From assembly GCF_964355755.1 (NCBI RefSeq), contig NC_092676.1, positions 25,934,871 through 25,998,870 of the forward strand: a stretch of 64,000 bases of DNA, given 5' to 3'. The notes below the pieces were generated by a model that worked only from the letters and a program-made list of their open reading frames with translations, searched no databases and was not told where the DNA came from. This document shows, piece after piece, positions 50,201 to 64,000 of this stretch (the stretch's first letter is position 1; each line of letters starts with the position of its first letter). This DNA comes from Antedon mediterranea (Eukaryota; Animalia; Echinodermata). The translations under genes were made by a program, and so were the position numbers.

Positions 50201-53200
50201 CTAATGATAGGCCATGCTGAAAAACTCGATTATGAAATTACTGTACAGTAGGCCTATATCAATCATATTATATCTTGGTTTGAATATCGTTTTATATTTT
50301 GGGTTGGTGTTATTTTGGACTCCTTTTTTTTATTCTAACTGCTCTGGCTCTGAACATTTGAGATAACATATACTAATTGGTGACAGTGGTTTTAATCTGT
50401 TGACGGAACAATGCGTCGCGTCTACACTATTTAACGCGTCAACACTCGCTAACGCGTCAACTAATGCAACTAGTAACTTCAAACAACTTTATAAGCTTGT
50501 ACCCAAGTACTTTCGAATTTATGACAACTAGTGCCTCCTTCGAGAAGGTTACTACCACATTGTTGGATAAAACACAGTTATTATTACACTTCGTAGCCAG
50601 ACATAAAGCGGATAACCATATTCAATCTGCAGAATTTGCTCGACTTGCTGTCGGAACAGTTTCCATAAGTTTTGCTCTCTGTAGACGCACGCAGGTCAAC
50701 TTGAGTTTGTTGTAAATGACATGTCATTATTTGTATCAAATCATAATTAAATGCCAAGCATAGTATGCCATATAAGGTAAATATCACAAAATAAAGGTCA
50801 CATGCACGTTATACAGTTTTGTAGAGTTACAAAATATACATGAAGTTCATATCATAACATCGTTAGTCACTGGAGACAAATGTTAGGGACTAAAAACGCT
50901 ATAGGTTCGAAATTTGACACGTTTGAGTAGAAATAAATGTTCCCATGCGACTTAAAATGTTTTGCTTTTGGTTCGAGTGTGTTATTAGATGTCGCAAGTA
51001 ATAGATAGTGATGGGCTTAGGGATCCCTTGTGTGCTGCTTCGACCACATTAAATAGTTATATTATGAAATATTTATAAAAGAGTTCGTTCGTGGAGTATT
51101 AACCCAAATAGAGCAAGCATCACAGTTGTAGGTTTTCCCAAGCCGTTGGCAAACTCACATCCAGGCGGCCGGACCACTGGTTGTTTCTTCAATTAAATAA
51201 AATCTTTCTCCGCAAAGAAAAAATGAAAAACGTCGACCCGCTTAGAACTTAGAACGCTGTAAGAATAGATGTGTGAGAAGATTTTCACATCTGTTGAAGA
51301 CAGCGTCCCATACTTTTTGTCTGAGTGGCTGATTTAATGTTAGCAGGAGTGGATTTCTCGCCCGTTAGTCATCCGCTAAATTAGGTAGCAAAGATAGCAG
51401 CCAGCATCAAATGACTATTTAATTGAGATTCGATCGAAAATTATCCACAATTTATACTATTTATTTGGTCATTTGGCCTAGATCGGTATTAACGTTTCAT
51501 TTTCTGTTTAGTTCATATGCATTTATAAATATCTTAATTTTTTTCCCCTGATACAACAATTCTAAAAAATGTAGTACTATATAGGCCTACTGTATATTGT
51601 TGGTAGTTTTCTCTGACGAAATAAGAAAGTGGCTTATAAATTGATTTTTTGGATCCAAATGACTTTTTTTTTCTTATAGTATTAATGTTTTAATTAGGTG
51701 ATAAAGTTTACCACAAACATGACTTTGGAAGTCACGTTTCTGTGTTTTCATATAAGGGATATGTGGTGGTGTTTTTGTCTTTTATAAGTGGTCCTTGTCT
51801 CACCGCATAACATAATTATAGTCCCAAATTACCGTTTGCCCTTCAATATAACCCTTACCACACGTCGTACAAGTTTAGGTGTCGAGTGGAACATCCAAAA
51901 CATCTTCTTTCCACAAATACATTCATCGAATATACATTCATATTTAGAGTACAATATAGGTAATTCAGTGTGTTGATTTGTATTCTGTCAGAATGTATGA
52001 AAAAGAGGCATTTTGGCTACATTCTGTGCATTGTTTTGTTTGGAACAATATAGGCTATACCTATATAAGTGAATTACTAAACTAACCTACCGTATACCGG
52101 TAGTTATAAACAACATCGAGGAAATTATTACAGATTATATTTACAGACAAGACGGGTTTACCAAACAATTTCCGGAGTACAACATATTAATGTTTAGTAT
52201 ACAAAAATACATAAACAGCAGACTTTGTTTGTTTGAAGTGGTTTTAACATCATTATACCAATTGGTGAATGTCTCTGATGTGTTGGTCTTGTTTCTAACT
52301 CGCTGCACATGTTCTATTCTCAACCGTATAACCATTAAATGTTGTACAATGTTAATTGTAATTTTAGCTTACACATCTAATAGGCCTATAATAGTTCCCA
52401 TCCATTTGATTATTATTATTATTCATGTATTCTTCTAATTTGTTATCAACGCAGATTACTACTCAACCTACTGACCTATATTGTACTTTAATAACTAAAT
52501 ATACATTTCTATTTGTGGTAAGCTTCACCAATTTCATATTTTGTTGATACAAGTGTGTGCATCTGTTCTGTGCAGACAGGTTTGCGGTGAGTCCGTATTG
52601 TCAAAGTTTTACCCACTTATTTCGTCAGCCTACGTAGGCGTAGAGTGTAAACACAACTAAAGGAAACCACCAAATACTACTTTAACTGTATTTATATTTA
52701 ACAAATACTTTATATTTCCTATAATCATACAAAATGTTTATATGTTTATATCACTTAATGTTAAGGAAGATTGGTTCCACATGACGGATCACAAGGACGT
52801 TCGAAAGCGTAACGCAAGTAATTTGACCAATCACGCGCGATGGATAATAATCTAGCGCATCGTGCAATAATAATGTTTGGTTCACATTAGGACGCAACGC
52901 AAAGACGTAAACGCAACGCAAGCGTGTTGACCAATGAAAAGCGACAGTTCGAATAATCCATCGCTTGTGATTGGTCAACTCACGTACGTTGCGTTACGTC
53001 CTTGTGTTGCTTCTCTAGTGCGAAACAAGCATTAAAGTGTACTTGCGTCCTTGCGTTGCAGTATAGTGTGAAACAAACAAAGGCAAAACGTTATTATGAT
53101 TGAGGGGAAACAGTGATGTAGTCTGCGCATGTTACCTCGACATATCTCTAAAATTATAGCTAATTATTTTAGCTATTTTTCGAGAAAAAAAATCACTGTA

Positions 53201-56200
53201 CTTTATATAGGGTCTCAACCAACAAGAGCTCGGTTCTCGTGGTATAATTAACACCCATAAATTTGAAATAGCCAAATTTTATACCACAATAGGTCGGATA
53301 AACCTGATTACCCTTGTTTTTCGTGTTATTAATAAAAAATATGTTGTATGCGATTGTGTTACTTCGATCACATTGTTTTTATCTTAAAATATTAGTTTAC
53401 AGTCTTCTGTAATGCAAGTTGTAGATATAACGCCTTGGTACGAAATCACTTAGTCATCATCTTATTAATTAAATATGTTACATGCCAATAAATAAACGAA
53501 GTTGGAAATTTACGAAAATAGGTCTATGATGAGCGCTGATGTGTATTCGAGTTTCGTTTACCCAAACTACATCCTTCCAATCAACTTATTAAAATTGTCA
53601 TTTTCTTTTCATGCATCGTTGCTCAAAGGAAGTTGTATTGCCCAGTGTTGAAAGTTACACATGCATTAGGGGAGTCGCTCTCTCTCACCTCTAAACTCAA
53701 CTCGAAATCGTGACGTCATTTGTCGTTTTTGTGTATGACGTCATTAAATCCAAACTATTTAGATTGGTAGAAGATAATTAGGCTTGTATTTTTATACGTA
53801 TGAGAACAAATACAGCAATGTAATTAGAAAATTGATTTAATTAACTACACCGGGTGTATCATTCTGTTCGTATGCTGTTTGTGACTTCATACTTGATTTT
53901 TGATTTAATAAGCGCGCACCTGTCAAAAATCGATCAATTGATTTTACATAGGGATTTACCATTGTGTGGCTGAAGTACATTGCTTGTAGCATAATGGGTA
54001 GTTAGAACGTATGGAGCAGTGTAAGTTACGAGGTTGTTGAAAAAGAAAGAATATTTATCTCGTCGTATAGTTTGTGTACCGTATACAAAGATGTCGTACC
54101 ATTATCTGAATGCGTTAGGTTTAATTTCACCTATACTTAATTACATACAAGTTATATTACTGTGTAATAAAACTTAAGCTCTGTCACATCTACACTATCA
54201 AACTAGTTTGACAAAAAAAATGTGATGTGTCCAAATATGGTAGTGATATACCCAAATATGTTATTGATATGACATCAACGTGTCCATAATATAGGCACAT
54301 CACATGTTTTTGTCGCATAAAGTTTGATAGTGTAGACAGAGCTTAAGAGTAATATGACAAAAAAATGTGATGTGCACATATGGACATGATGTCATATCAC
54401 TGCCATATTTGGACATACCACTACCATATTTAGGCACATCATACTGTTTTTGTCAGACTAGTTTTATAGTGTAGACAGATTTAGAATCAAACGCTGAAAT
54501 GTTACGTTCTCTTTTTGATTATTAGGCTACGGTTTTAAGAAAACCAATGTGTAGGCCTACACTCTGCTTTAAATCTGGGACACACGTATACATTTACACT
54601 TAGGGGGCTGATAAAACCAATTGTGGCAATTGTTTATTGTAATAGTTGTAATTTTATCCTATGCACATAAAAACTGAAATTTAGGTTGCAACCTGTAAAC
54701 AGTGTGCATTACGACGCATGCTCTCTGTCTTCTAGGCGCTAGAAGTGTGAAACGTATTTTTCTAGCAAGTAGGGCTATCAAATTTAATTCGTTATTTTTA
54801 ACTTGTGCATTGCTATGTCTTTCTAAAATATATTTTTTGTTTCAGATGCCATAACATGTCCAGAATCGTGGAAATTGTTTGAAGGAAAGTGTTTTGCCTT
54901 ATTTGAAGACAGGACGACATGGTTTGAGGCAGAAAAAAAATGTATTAATTATGGGGCAGACTTAGCGATATTGAACACTGAGAAACGTAACCAAATGGCC
55001 ATAAATATGACAGATGGAAAAAATATGTTCATATGGATTGGACTCACAGACTTAGTAAGTTGAAAATAGTTAGTCTAGGCCTATAGTTTAGTTCGTCAAT
55101 GATTAAATGAACAATACACTTTTACTATTACCCCAGCTTCGCTTTCTGGTGTCACATGATGCGACTTCCATCAGGGCAAGAAAATCGCAATAACTCACTT
55201 ACTGGACCCCATTGGAAATAAGTTTACTTTTTTGTCGACTTAATGGGTTATCCAGGTATTCTTTTTATATATTGTATATTTTAACTTTTATGTATGAATA
55301 TCGAATAAAATCAATCAATCAATCAACATACACTGACAGTAATAATTGCAGTACTTGTCGTCAAAACATAAAAGCCCAACTGTAACGCTAATCTAAGCCA
55401 CATCGCCTAATGATTTACTTTTTTCTATTTGTAGGAAGTTGAGAGAACATTCGTGTGGAATGACGGGAGAAATCTTGGTTCCGACGACTATTCACCTTGG
55501 GGTAACGTGGAACCCAACAATAGAGGTACAAACTTTCAGACACCCGCAGACTGCGTGCTTCTCCACGTCAGCAACAACATTGGGCAATGGAAAGACAAGA
55601 ACTGTGAAGAATCTCTATTCTACATGTGTATGCGCAATTGTACGTATTTCAGTTTATAACTTTATAACTAAATCGTGTGTAACGTTTGGTTCCCACTTCG
55701 ACGCAATGCAAGGACGTAACTGCAGCGCATGTAATCTGACCAATCACAATCGATGGATTGTTTGAACAATTGCGTATCATTAGTAAACTCGCTAGCGTTA
55801 CGTCTACGTCTTTGCGCTGCGTCCTTGGTAACAAAGCTTACGTAATATACGCAATCACGCATTCAAAATCACCTAGACCAGAATCCTTTTATTTTTTGTA
55901 TACCTACTTAACATTTCACTTACATTGTGTCAATGAAACTGTGGCCTATTTAATAAGCATAAATGTTTTTTTTTTTCGGGAGGCCTACTATTCCGTCAGT
56001 AAAGAGTCGCAGTTCAGGCGCATGCGTACATTCTTTTGTACACTTTAGGTACATTTATTTCATTTCATGTAAAAATATTTTAGCTATTTTATTTGTTCAT
56101 TAATCGATTAATATATATTTCATATCTTTTTTCTTATATATATTATTTACATAGTGGCTGTGTATGGAAAACAAATATTACAAATATTGCTCTAATTGTT

Positions 56201-59200
56201 TTATCCGTTTTCAAGCACCATGGGACTTTATTAGTTGATATCGTAATATAACGGAAATAGCAAAAACGTTAGAAAGGCCTTTTAAATTAAGATACACGTT
56301 TTATTTCCACATTCTGATAAAATGGATTACTTAAACGTCTTTATCAATAATGATATGTTATGCGAGAACGAGTCGGAGTATAAGCTAATAGTTGTTATTA
56401 ATTAAAATAGTGTTGTTGAGGTGGAAATTTCTTATCTTCTCTGGACACGTTTTTCTCACGCTCAGAAAGGAAAATATCGAGACATGTTCAGTGCACTCAG
56501 CAATATAAAAAAAAATCAATTTCAGATAAAACGCATGTTAACTCTTTTCTTTTTTTTTCTTTCTTAACTCAATAATAACTGATTTGCATTACGCTGTCGT
56601 TTCCTTGGTGATGGGGTTACCAGCATTGGAAGAAGTTGTGTCCCCATGGCACAGCTTGATTATGTAACACAATTTAATTAACAGGTTGAAAAAGGCAGAA
56701 CAATGGAAGTGAAATTAAAAGCTACAATTTTTATACAAATTTTATATATTGTAGACCCTCCTCCCTCTACCTGAATCCGTCACTGTCCCTCTCCAATTTC
56801 TTACCCCTCTAAAAATGCCTTTTGCAATTTATAAAAAAGATGCAAGGATAATTTTTCAAAAGTTATTCATTAGACGTATTCGACTGGTCACGCACTCGTC
56901 GCAAACACCCCGCAGTCACCTATTCCAATTGCTGCAGTGGGAATAGATGACTGCGAGTCTCGTATACACAGCTGATTATCTGCTCAATACAGCCGAGTCA
57001 AATACGTATAATAGTTATTGATAAGCTTAAAGCTTTTTCTACGCTATCAAACTTTATGTGACAAAACAGTTCCTATATGGACATGATGACGTCATATCAC
57101 TACCATATTTGTGCATATCACACTTTTTGTCACATAAAGTTTGATAGTGTAGACATATCTTTAGACTAGTATTTTGTTTGTGATTTATTTTTTGTTTTTT
57201 AATGCTTTTTCAGTAACTGTGGGTACAACAACGTACACCTCTACGTCAATTTCCACGACGATACCAGACACGGTAATATAACGACTACACTTGTTGTGTT
57301 CCGACATGTGAGGAGTATTGATTGACGAATTATGTTAATATTCAGTTAATTTAAATGTATTCTATAAATAAATCTTCTAAAAATAAAAAAAGAGGTAATA
57401 ACGACAAAAATCAAAGTACAAATACAACTGATAATAAAAAAAAATAAGTGACGAACCACACAGAAGACAACAAAATATTTACATTTGTTTACCATTGTTT
57501 CGCGGTGTTTAATTAAATTAAAATAATAAAATATATAAAATCATAATTGCTCGCATCATCCGCGAAAATTAAAAATCTAATCTGTCAACACTATAATCAA
57601 CAAAAAAGTGTGATGTGCCTAAATTTGGTAGTGATATGACGTCATCGTATCCATATATGGGCACACCATATTTTTGTCACATAAAGTTTGATAGTGTAGA
57701 CAGAACTTATATTTAACAAATTATATTCTTTAGACTGTGAAGCAAGATACAGAAAATAGGCTAAATGATTTGACAAGCTTGGCGAGTAGAGGGAACCTGT
57801 CGGCAGCAGAAGTTACGAGTGTCGGAGAAGTAAGTATAGGCCTAGGCCTCTTTTCTCTTGGTTTTTGGTGTGATAATTCCTACTGTAGCTCAAACGAAGC
57901 TATACTGGGATTGGATGCAATTGAACCTACAGCAGATCTCTGGTATAAAAACAGGGGTTGATACTCTATGAGTACACATCTTTGAAATATTAATTGAGCC
58001 TTAAATCATATAAAACTATGGAACACCAAATTTAGTTTATGCCCTGCGTGATTGAGTGAGGGGTAAACTAATTGTGTATTATTTCTTTGGATCCTTTTAG
58101 TCCGCCATGGACGCTGTGCAAGTTGGCTTCAACTCTCCAACTTCTGATGATACGGTAAGTTGTTGTTGTACTTTTAAATTGTAAACTTAAATCTTGCCTT
58201 CACAATCAGAAAAAAAATGCTTGCATGATGAAAACAAAGGGTTTATCTGTAGCTACGACACGATCAGTTTCACGCCCCTTAACACAGCTCGCCGTTGAAA
58301 TGTATTGTACAGTACTGTTGGTATTTTTCGTAGCCAGACATAAGATCAAAGTACTGGATCGGGTTCCTATATTGGCAAGGCGAGCTTAGTGTCTTGTTGT
58401 TAGATTTCCTTAAACCTGGTTAGATGGTTTCATACCAAAGTATTGTTGCCCTGGTGTGCTACTTTCCAAACGTATGATCAAAATACGGGTTACTAAACCA
58501 TTTAAATGTCGTGCCATGACCATTGTAAATAATAATAGTAAATTGCCATTACCATATTCATCGTTTATATCAATGTTTCAATCTAATGATTGATATCATG
58601 ATAATTTTATCTTGTATTTTTTGATGTTTTTATATGAATGGTGTTATGCTATATTTGTTTTTATTGTGTTTTCTTGTTGTTATGACGAGCAATGAATTTC
58701 CTTTTTGAGGTTCAATAAAAGTTATCTTATCTTATCTTATCTTAACGAACCATATAAGGGATTATAATAATGACAATGCTGTAACCCCCCATGTATAACG
58801 TAAGACGACCTCATTAACCAATGATAATAATTAATAATATGAATTGTAATGATGCATAGTTATTGCCGTCAAATGAGCCAAAAAATGTCTCCAAAATATA
58901 ATTTAAAATAACATCCCATAGGATCATTAGTTTAATTATCCTAATTATTTAATGTACCATTAAGCGCGTTACTCATGTAATATAAAATATAACTTACTAA
59001 TAGGGTTTGGCGGCCTTTGCGTTCGATAGTGGCATATCAAGGGATTGCTAAATGAGTGGCCAGCAACCTGCTTCGCGATAATATTTCTCCATCATAGAAT
59101 GGCATACACATTATTTGAATCGAACGTTATATTTTCTGCTAGGGCCATTAATATTTTTAATTGATGATGTCAATTTATGGTGTGTGTTGTTCCAGCTTTC

Positions 59201-62200
59201 CGTGAAAGGAGTTGAATTGCCTTCTAAACTTCCGATAGATTTTATAATGCGCTAATCTAGTAATCTAAAACATTTATCGACTCCCGTTTTCTGCAAGACT
59301 AAAATTACTGAGGATTTGCCTTTACACCATGTGGGACTACTTCGCGTGTTTTCACTGTAGCAGCTGTGTCGATATTGGATAAACTGAATGTGCTGATTAA
59401 TGACTTTATACAGAAACGTGCTCATTATTTCTAAAAATGTAAACTCAATTTTTAAAGTACGTACGCGTAAAGATAGTGTACGCTGACTTTAAATAATGAT
59501 TGGTTCCCACTAGAGACGCAACAAAACACGTAACGCAACGTAAGTGATTTGACCAAATCACTAGCGATGAAATATTCGAACTGTCGCTTGTCATTGGTCA
59601 ACTCGCTTGCGTTGCGTCTACGTTCTTGCATTGCGTCTCTAGTGAGAACCAGGCTTCACATACACAGCGCCACGCCATATATGAGCTCTGATTGGCTATA
59701 TCATGTCTGCAATTGCGCCCGTTTAAGCTTGGTTCCCACTAGCGACGCAACGTAACGCAATCTACGCAACAAAAGAAAATTCCCTTCCGATAATTGTGTT
59801 TGCTCCCACCTGCGTGAAATCAAACCTGCGATTTTTTTCAGCACTGATGCGTCGTCAGTTCCCACTTGTGATTACGGAATACTGTACAGCACATTCCGTC
59901 AATACGTCGCTGCGTTGCGTCGCTAGTGAGAACCACGTTTTAACGACATTTTACCATTCTTTGCTGGGGGCATTATTTTAATTGGCTAGAAATTGAACGT
60001 GATCTACGTGGGTTCGCAAAGCATAACATCCTTGATTGCCTGACATGCATCGTGTACCTTATTAAAATATGTATGATTTCACCATTTGTGCATTGTTGCA
60101 TAACCTGCTTCGAGCTCTCTGAAAAAAAAACACTTTAAAGTTTAGCAATCAAGGAACATGCATTATATCTCAAGGACACCCATTATGGATAAACAAACTT
60201 CAGATGATAATCGTTTTGATTTTAGCAACTTTACTTTTATTTCATGACCAAAATGTAAGCTACTAACACGTGGTTTCCACTAGAACGCAACGCAGCGACG
60301 TATCGACGCAAAGTTTTGCATTGCGTAATCACAAGTGGGAACCGACGACGCAATAGTGCTGCAAATATCGTAGGTTTGATTTCACGCAGGCGGGGGAAAA
60401 CACAATTATTACAAGGGCGCGCATTTGCTTACGTTGCATAGATTGCGTTACGTTGCGTCGCTAGTGGGAACCAAGCTTAAGCCAGGCCTGCTAAGCTAGG
60501 CCTGCTAAGCTAGCCTTACTAAGGTTGCGATCAATATTTGTTTAGATTTCATAAAAAGTAGTTCATTAAAAATGGTAATTGCTTAAGTAACTGAACTCAA
60601 GTCATGTGGGTTATTCATGAGTGCCTTCGGGCCGGATAGATTCCACACTTGACTCTCGTTGTCCGCCCGAATCTCTCTCTGGGGTACCGTACATCAACAC
60701 TACAGGTCTCTCTACCTACAAGTCTAATTATAACACCCGATTTAAAAGGATGGGTTTAGTTTTCATCTTGCAATTTGGCATGATGTTGCAATGTACGTTA
60801 CAAGTTCATATTTTTCTCACCATAAAATGTCACTACAGAAATGCATTAATGGAATTATCGAATCGGGATTTCTGACACATTTCAGTCTACAATTAACTAT
60901 TTAGAAAAAACCACTAAAAGGGTACATTTTTCGAATGATTGAATGCTAATTTTACTTGTATTTCTAGCTTTGTTTCGTGCAGAGTATGATGGGTTTTTAA
61001 TGTTAGCCCAGCCAGACAACCCACAAGGCTTGGTGGCTAAGGCCTAGTTTTAGACTGACGCCGAGTGACATTTTATAATCGGCCCAATGGGACTTATTAA
61101 TTAAGTTCAAGTTCACTGATAGATTAAATATTCACTTTTTTGTTTATATTAAATCCGCAACATCATCATTTAGGACATAAGTTTCTGGTTTTCTCGTATA
61201 ATTAAGTGCAAATTATATTGTATAATTACTTAGTGAACTTAATTATTAATAGCAATCACGTTGCCAAAAATAACAATGTCCTTTCCGTTTAGATTAGCGT
61301 ACATTGAGCAATATGACTTCTTTTAAATATGAATATTGTTCATTATATACATTTTACCATACAAGTTAACGCACCCACCATTTTACCGGTATGGCTCAAT
61401 GTAAAACCAATGAACCACGGGCCCCGCAGTGCCTGGTTTCTTTATTAAGCTTGGTTACGTAGAGGCAACTTAAAGCAAGTTGACCTATCACAAGCGATTG
61501 TTCGAATATTCCATCGCTTGTGATTGGTCAAATCACTCACGTTGCGTTACGTACTTACGTTGCGTCTCTAGTAGGAACCAAGCCTTTATGCTAACAACTC
61601 GTTGTAGCAACAAGCCGTAAGCGTAAAATTATGTTAACTGTTTTATAAAATAAGATCAGAAGATTGATTGCAATGATTGACTGGAGTACACTTCTTGTAC
61701 GCATGCGTAGAAACTTAACTAAATTAAATTAAGAAATACTCTGAAACCGATCGTTAAAACCAGTTTGTTTATTCATAATTTTGTCCTCTATTTGTTTACT
61801 ACTCAATACCAAAAGGAATTGAAATCATACGATTGTGATGAACAGTAAAATACCAATTTATTATTTCTGGTTACCATAGTAACACAGTACATTGATGTTT
61901 TATCATGTAGATTATATTACTGTCCTTTAAAGGTATGGTTGATTTTAAAAGGGTAGACAAAACAAACAACTGGTATGTTGTTATATTCGGTATCTTCATT
62001 CAATCAATCATATAACAAATATACATTGCAGCATAAAACGCTGAATTGCAGTATTTGTACAAAAATGATTATTATATAGGCAAATTACACATATGAATAC
62101 AAAGAACTAACACCATTTTTAAATAAAAAAGAGCAAACGCTACACACTCAACATTTTTCAAATAATTACACAGATGTCTAAGATGTCAATATATAAGGCC

Positions 62201-63232
62201 TACTCAAGTTACACACATACATATATCTATGTATTGTTTACAATTACTCTTTATTTTTGTTAAGATAAAAAAAGGAGTGTTTGCATTTTTTTCTTAAAAG
62301 TTACATTTTGTTTGCCTATGCCCTTGTGCCTTTTTTCATATTTCTATTTCAATTCAATTCACATTTATTTACTCATCCTTTATAAATACAGTTTCATAGC
62401 ATAAATGATGGCAAGGATCCTGCATAGAGAAGTTTACACTCCTGTTTTCGCAGGACCCTTTTACATAAAAAACATAAAACAATAAACACAACATACAAAA
62501 TAAAAAAAAAAACATTTCCTATATACATTTTAGAGTTGTTCATCATCAAAAAGTGATAGTGTTTTTCTAACATGATTATTTATACATTTTTTCTTAAAAA
62601 AGAAGATATTCAGTTTATTAATTCCAGTACATGTGGATTCTTTCTTTATATATTATAGCAAAAGTATGAATATATATAATATAAAACAGGCTATGTGTGT
62701 ATACTCGCACACACCAACACAACGCATAATATATGCATATATATTTTATGAGTGAAGCATTTTAAGTTCTGTAATTCGATAAAATGTATATACTGTTTTG
62801 TAACAGGGGTTTCTACTTATAAGCTGTGCTTCAGAGATTTTCCCTTTTCTATTTCATTTTTGTAATGATTATTTATGTATGTTTATGTTTGTTGTTGTAA
62901 ACTATAACTTATAAGTATTTAAACAAGGACATTTTATTTTTAAGTTCAATACTGCAATTTCGTACGATTCATAAAATCACGTACTACGGTATTTCCATGT
63001 TAGTAAGATAAATTAGACCGTTGAAGGTTTAAAAAACAAGATTACGCTTAGTATCACCCCGTTGTACGCCGCGTGTATAATTATAAATTTATAAAATATG
63101 TATAATTTAACGAATATCTTTGGTTTGAACAGGATAAAATGGAAATAACACAACAGGCAGAATCTCTGTTCGTGGTTCTCTCGGAATCAGTGGAAATTGG
63201 TGAATCATTAGTCATTTCTAAAGACAACATTG
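47292..63232 (+). CDS. N-terminal part of a C-type-lectin-domain secreted/membrane protein, probably adhesion-GPCR or polycystin/REJ-like; exons 47292-47379, 54846-55054, 55435-55639, 57214-57272, 57734-57829, 58101-58154, 63133-63232; continues past the window
   Basis: Phase-compatible GT-AG exons: signal peptide MKSLKLAILVAVFTVTSA; CTL CPESWKLFEGKCF...TWFEAEKKC...LA...WIGLTD...W.EPNN...DCV...WKD.NC...YMC; Thr/Ser stalk; amphipathic exons ending ...ESLVISKDNI resemble the GAIN subdomain A/B boundary (inference). Extra small exons between 58154 and 63133 cannot be excluded. Confidence 0.8.
47649..47812. mobile_element. MITE family 2 (TIR AGCTCTGTCTACACTATCAAAC, 130-170 bp, TWA flanks; Harbinger-like)
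   Basis: Other copies near 33705-33838, 33871, 35138, 38724, 42108-42250, 42570-42802, 48184-48352, 54177-54343, 54355-54481, 57030-57161, 57580-57707, 63330-63486. Confidence 0.85.
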
Positions 63233-64000
63233 GTAAGTGAAGGCATGGGTATAAATCTTTTTAAATCATTTTTTTTTTTTTTTTTTAAAGCTTTTAAATG
63301 TGATGTTCATTAACGGCGTTTCTTTCTTGAGCTCTGTCCACACGATCAAACTTTATGTGAACAAAATGTGATGTGCCCATATATGGACATGATGATGTCA
63401 TTTCACTATCATATATGGGCATATCATTACCATATTTGGAACATCAAATTTTTTGTCACATATAGTTTGATAATGTAGACAGAGCTTTACTTTTATTTTA
63501 TTTATGTTGGGTTTTATGTTTTATGTAAAAGGGTCCTGCAAAAACAGCCATCAATTATATACTGAAATTGTAATTATAAACGATGACAAAATAAATGTGA
63601 ATGAATGGAATAAATGAAATAGTACTTTGCTATAAATAATTTTATTTCATTTCTTTCATTATTTATCCGGTCTATTTTACTATATACATAACAACAACAA
63701 AAATGAAATTGGGGAGACCAACAACAACAACAACAACAACAGGTATTTTAAACCATAAGTGTACGTTCCATTCACCGGTCGAAATAATACGATTTACATT
63801 ATCAGGAAACCATTCTGGCAATGGCTTTCTAGCTGTCAAACGTCTAGTTTCACCAGATAATTAGTACGCTTAATGTATTCATGCAACCTAGTTTAATATT
63901 GGGAATGATTAAGTGAGATAACATGATTAAAATGAAATCATATTACATTGTGTCCAGCTTAATGAATGAGAGGCGCTTTAACACTGCTTCATTGTTATTC

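Noticed and set aside
59361-59417. Candidate extra exon (AVSILDKLNVLINDFIQK) for the lectin gene
   Set aside because: Needs a phase-1 acceptor while the previous exon ends in phase 0, and the donor is weak; left unannotated.

Overview
AT-rich eukaryotic genomic DNA with spliced GT-AG genes and dense TE content. It is probably a marine invertebrate, possibly an echinoderm (inferred, not shown). The left 23 kb is a tandem segmental-duplication cluster on the minus strand. It holds three paralogues (A is cut by the window edge, B lacks an evident first exon, C is complete at 304 aa) of a small secreted protein: signal peptide + CASPR/neurexin-IV-type fibrinogen-like domain + C-terminal PAN/apple-like domain. 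The paralogues differ in short clustered nonsynonymous patches inside near-identical DNA, and differ in the exact presence/absence of an intron. The cluster is interleaved with a Penelope-like retroelement carrying a ~1 kb inverted duplication, six hammerhead-ribozyme motifs, an L1/Tx1-type LINE with TSD and possible 3' transduction, a non-autonomous Helitron and several mini/satellites. The middle (24-46 kb) is intergenic, with two Harbinger-like MITE families, a second Helitron copy, an L2 fragment and minisatellites. From 47.3 kb a plus-strand multi-exon gene (signal peptide, EPN-type C-type lectin, Ser/Thr stalk, probable GAIN region; adhesion-GPCR/polycystin-like) runs off the window. All calls come from manual reading; no database searches were run.
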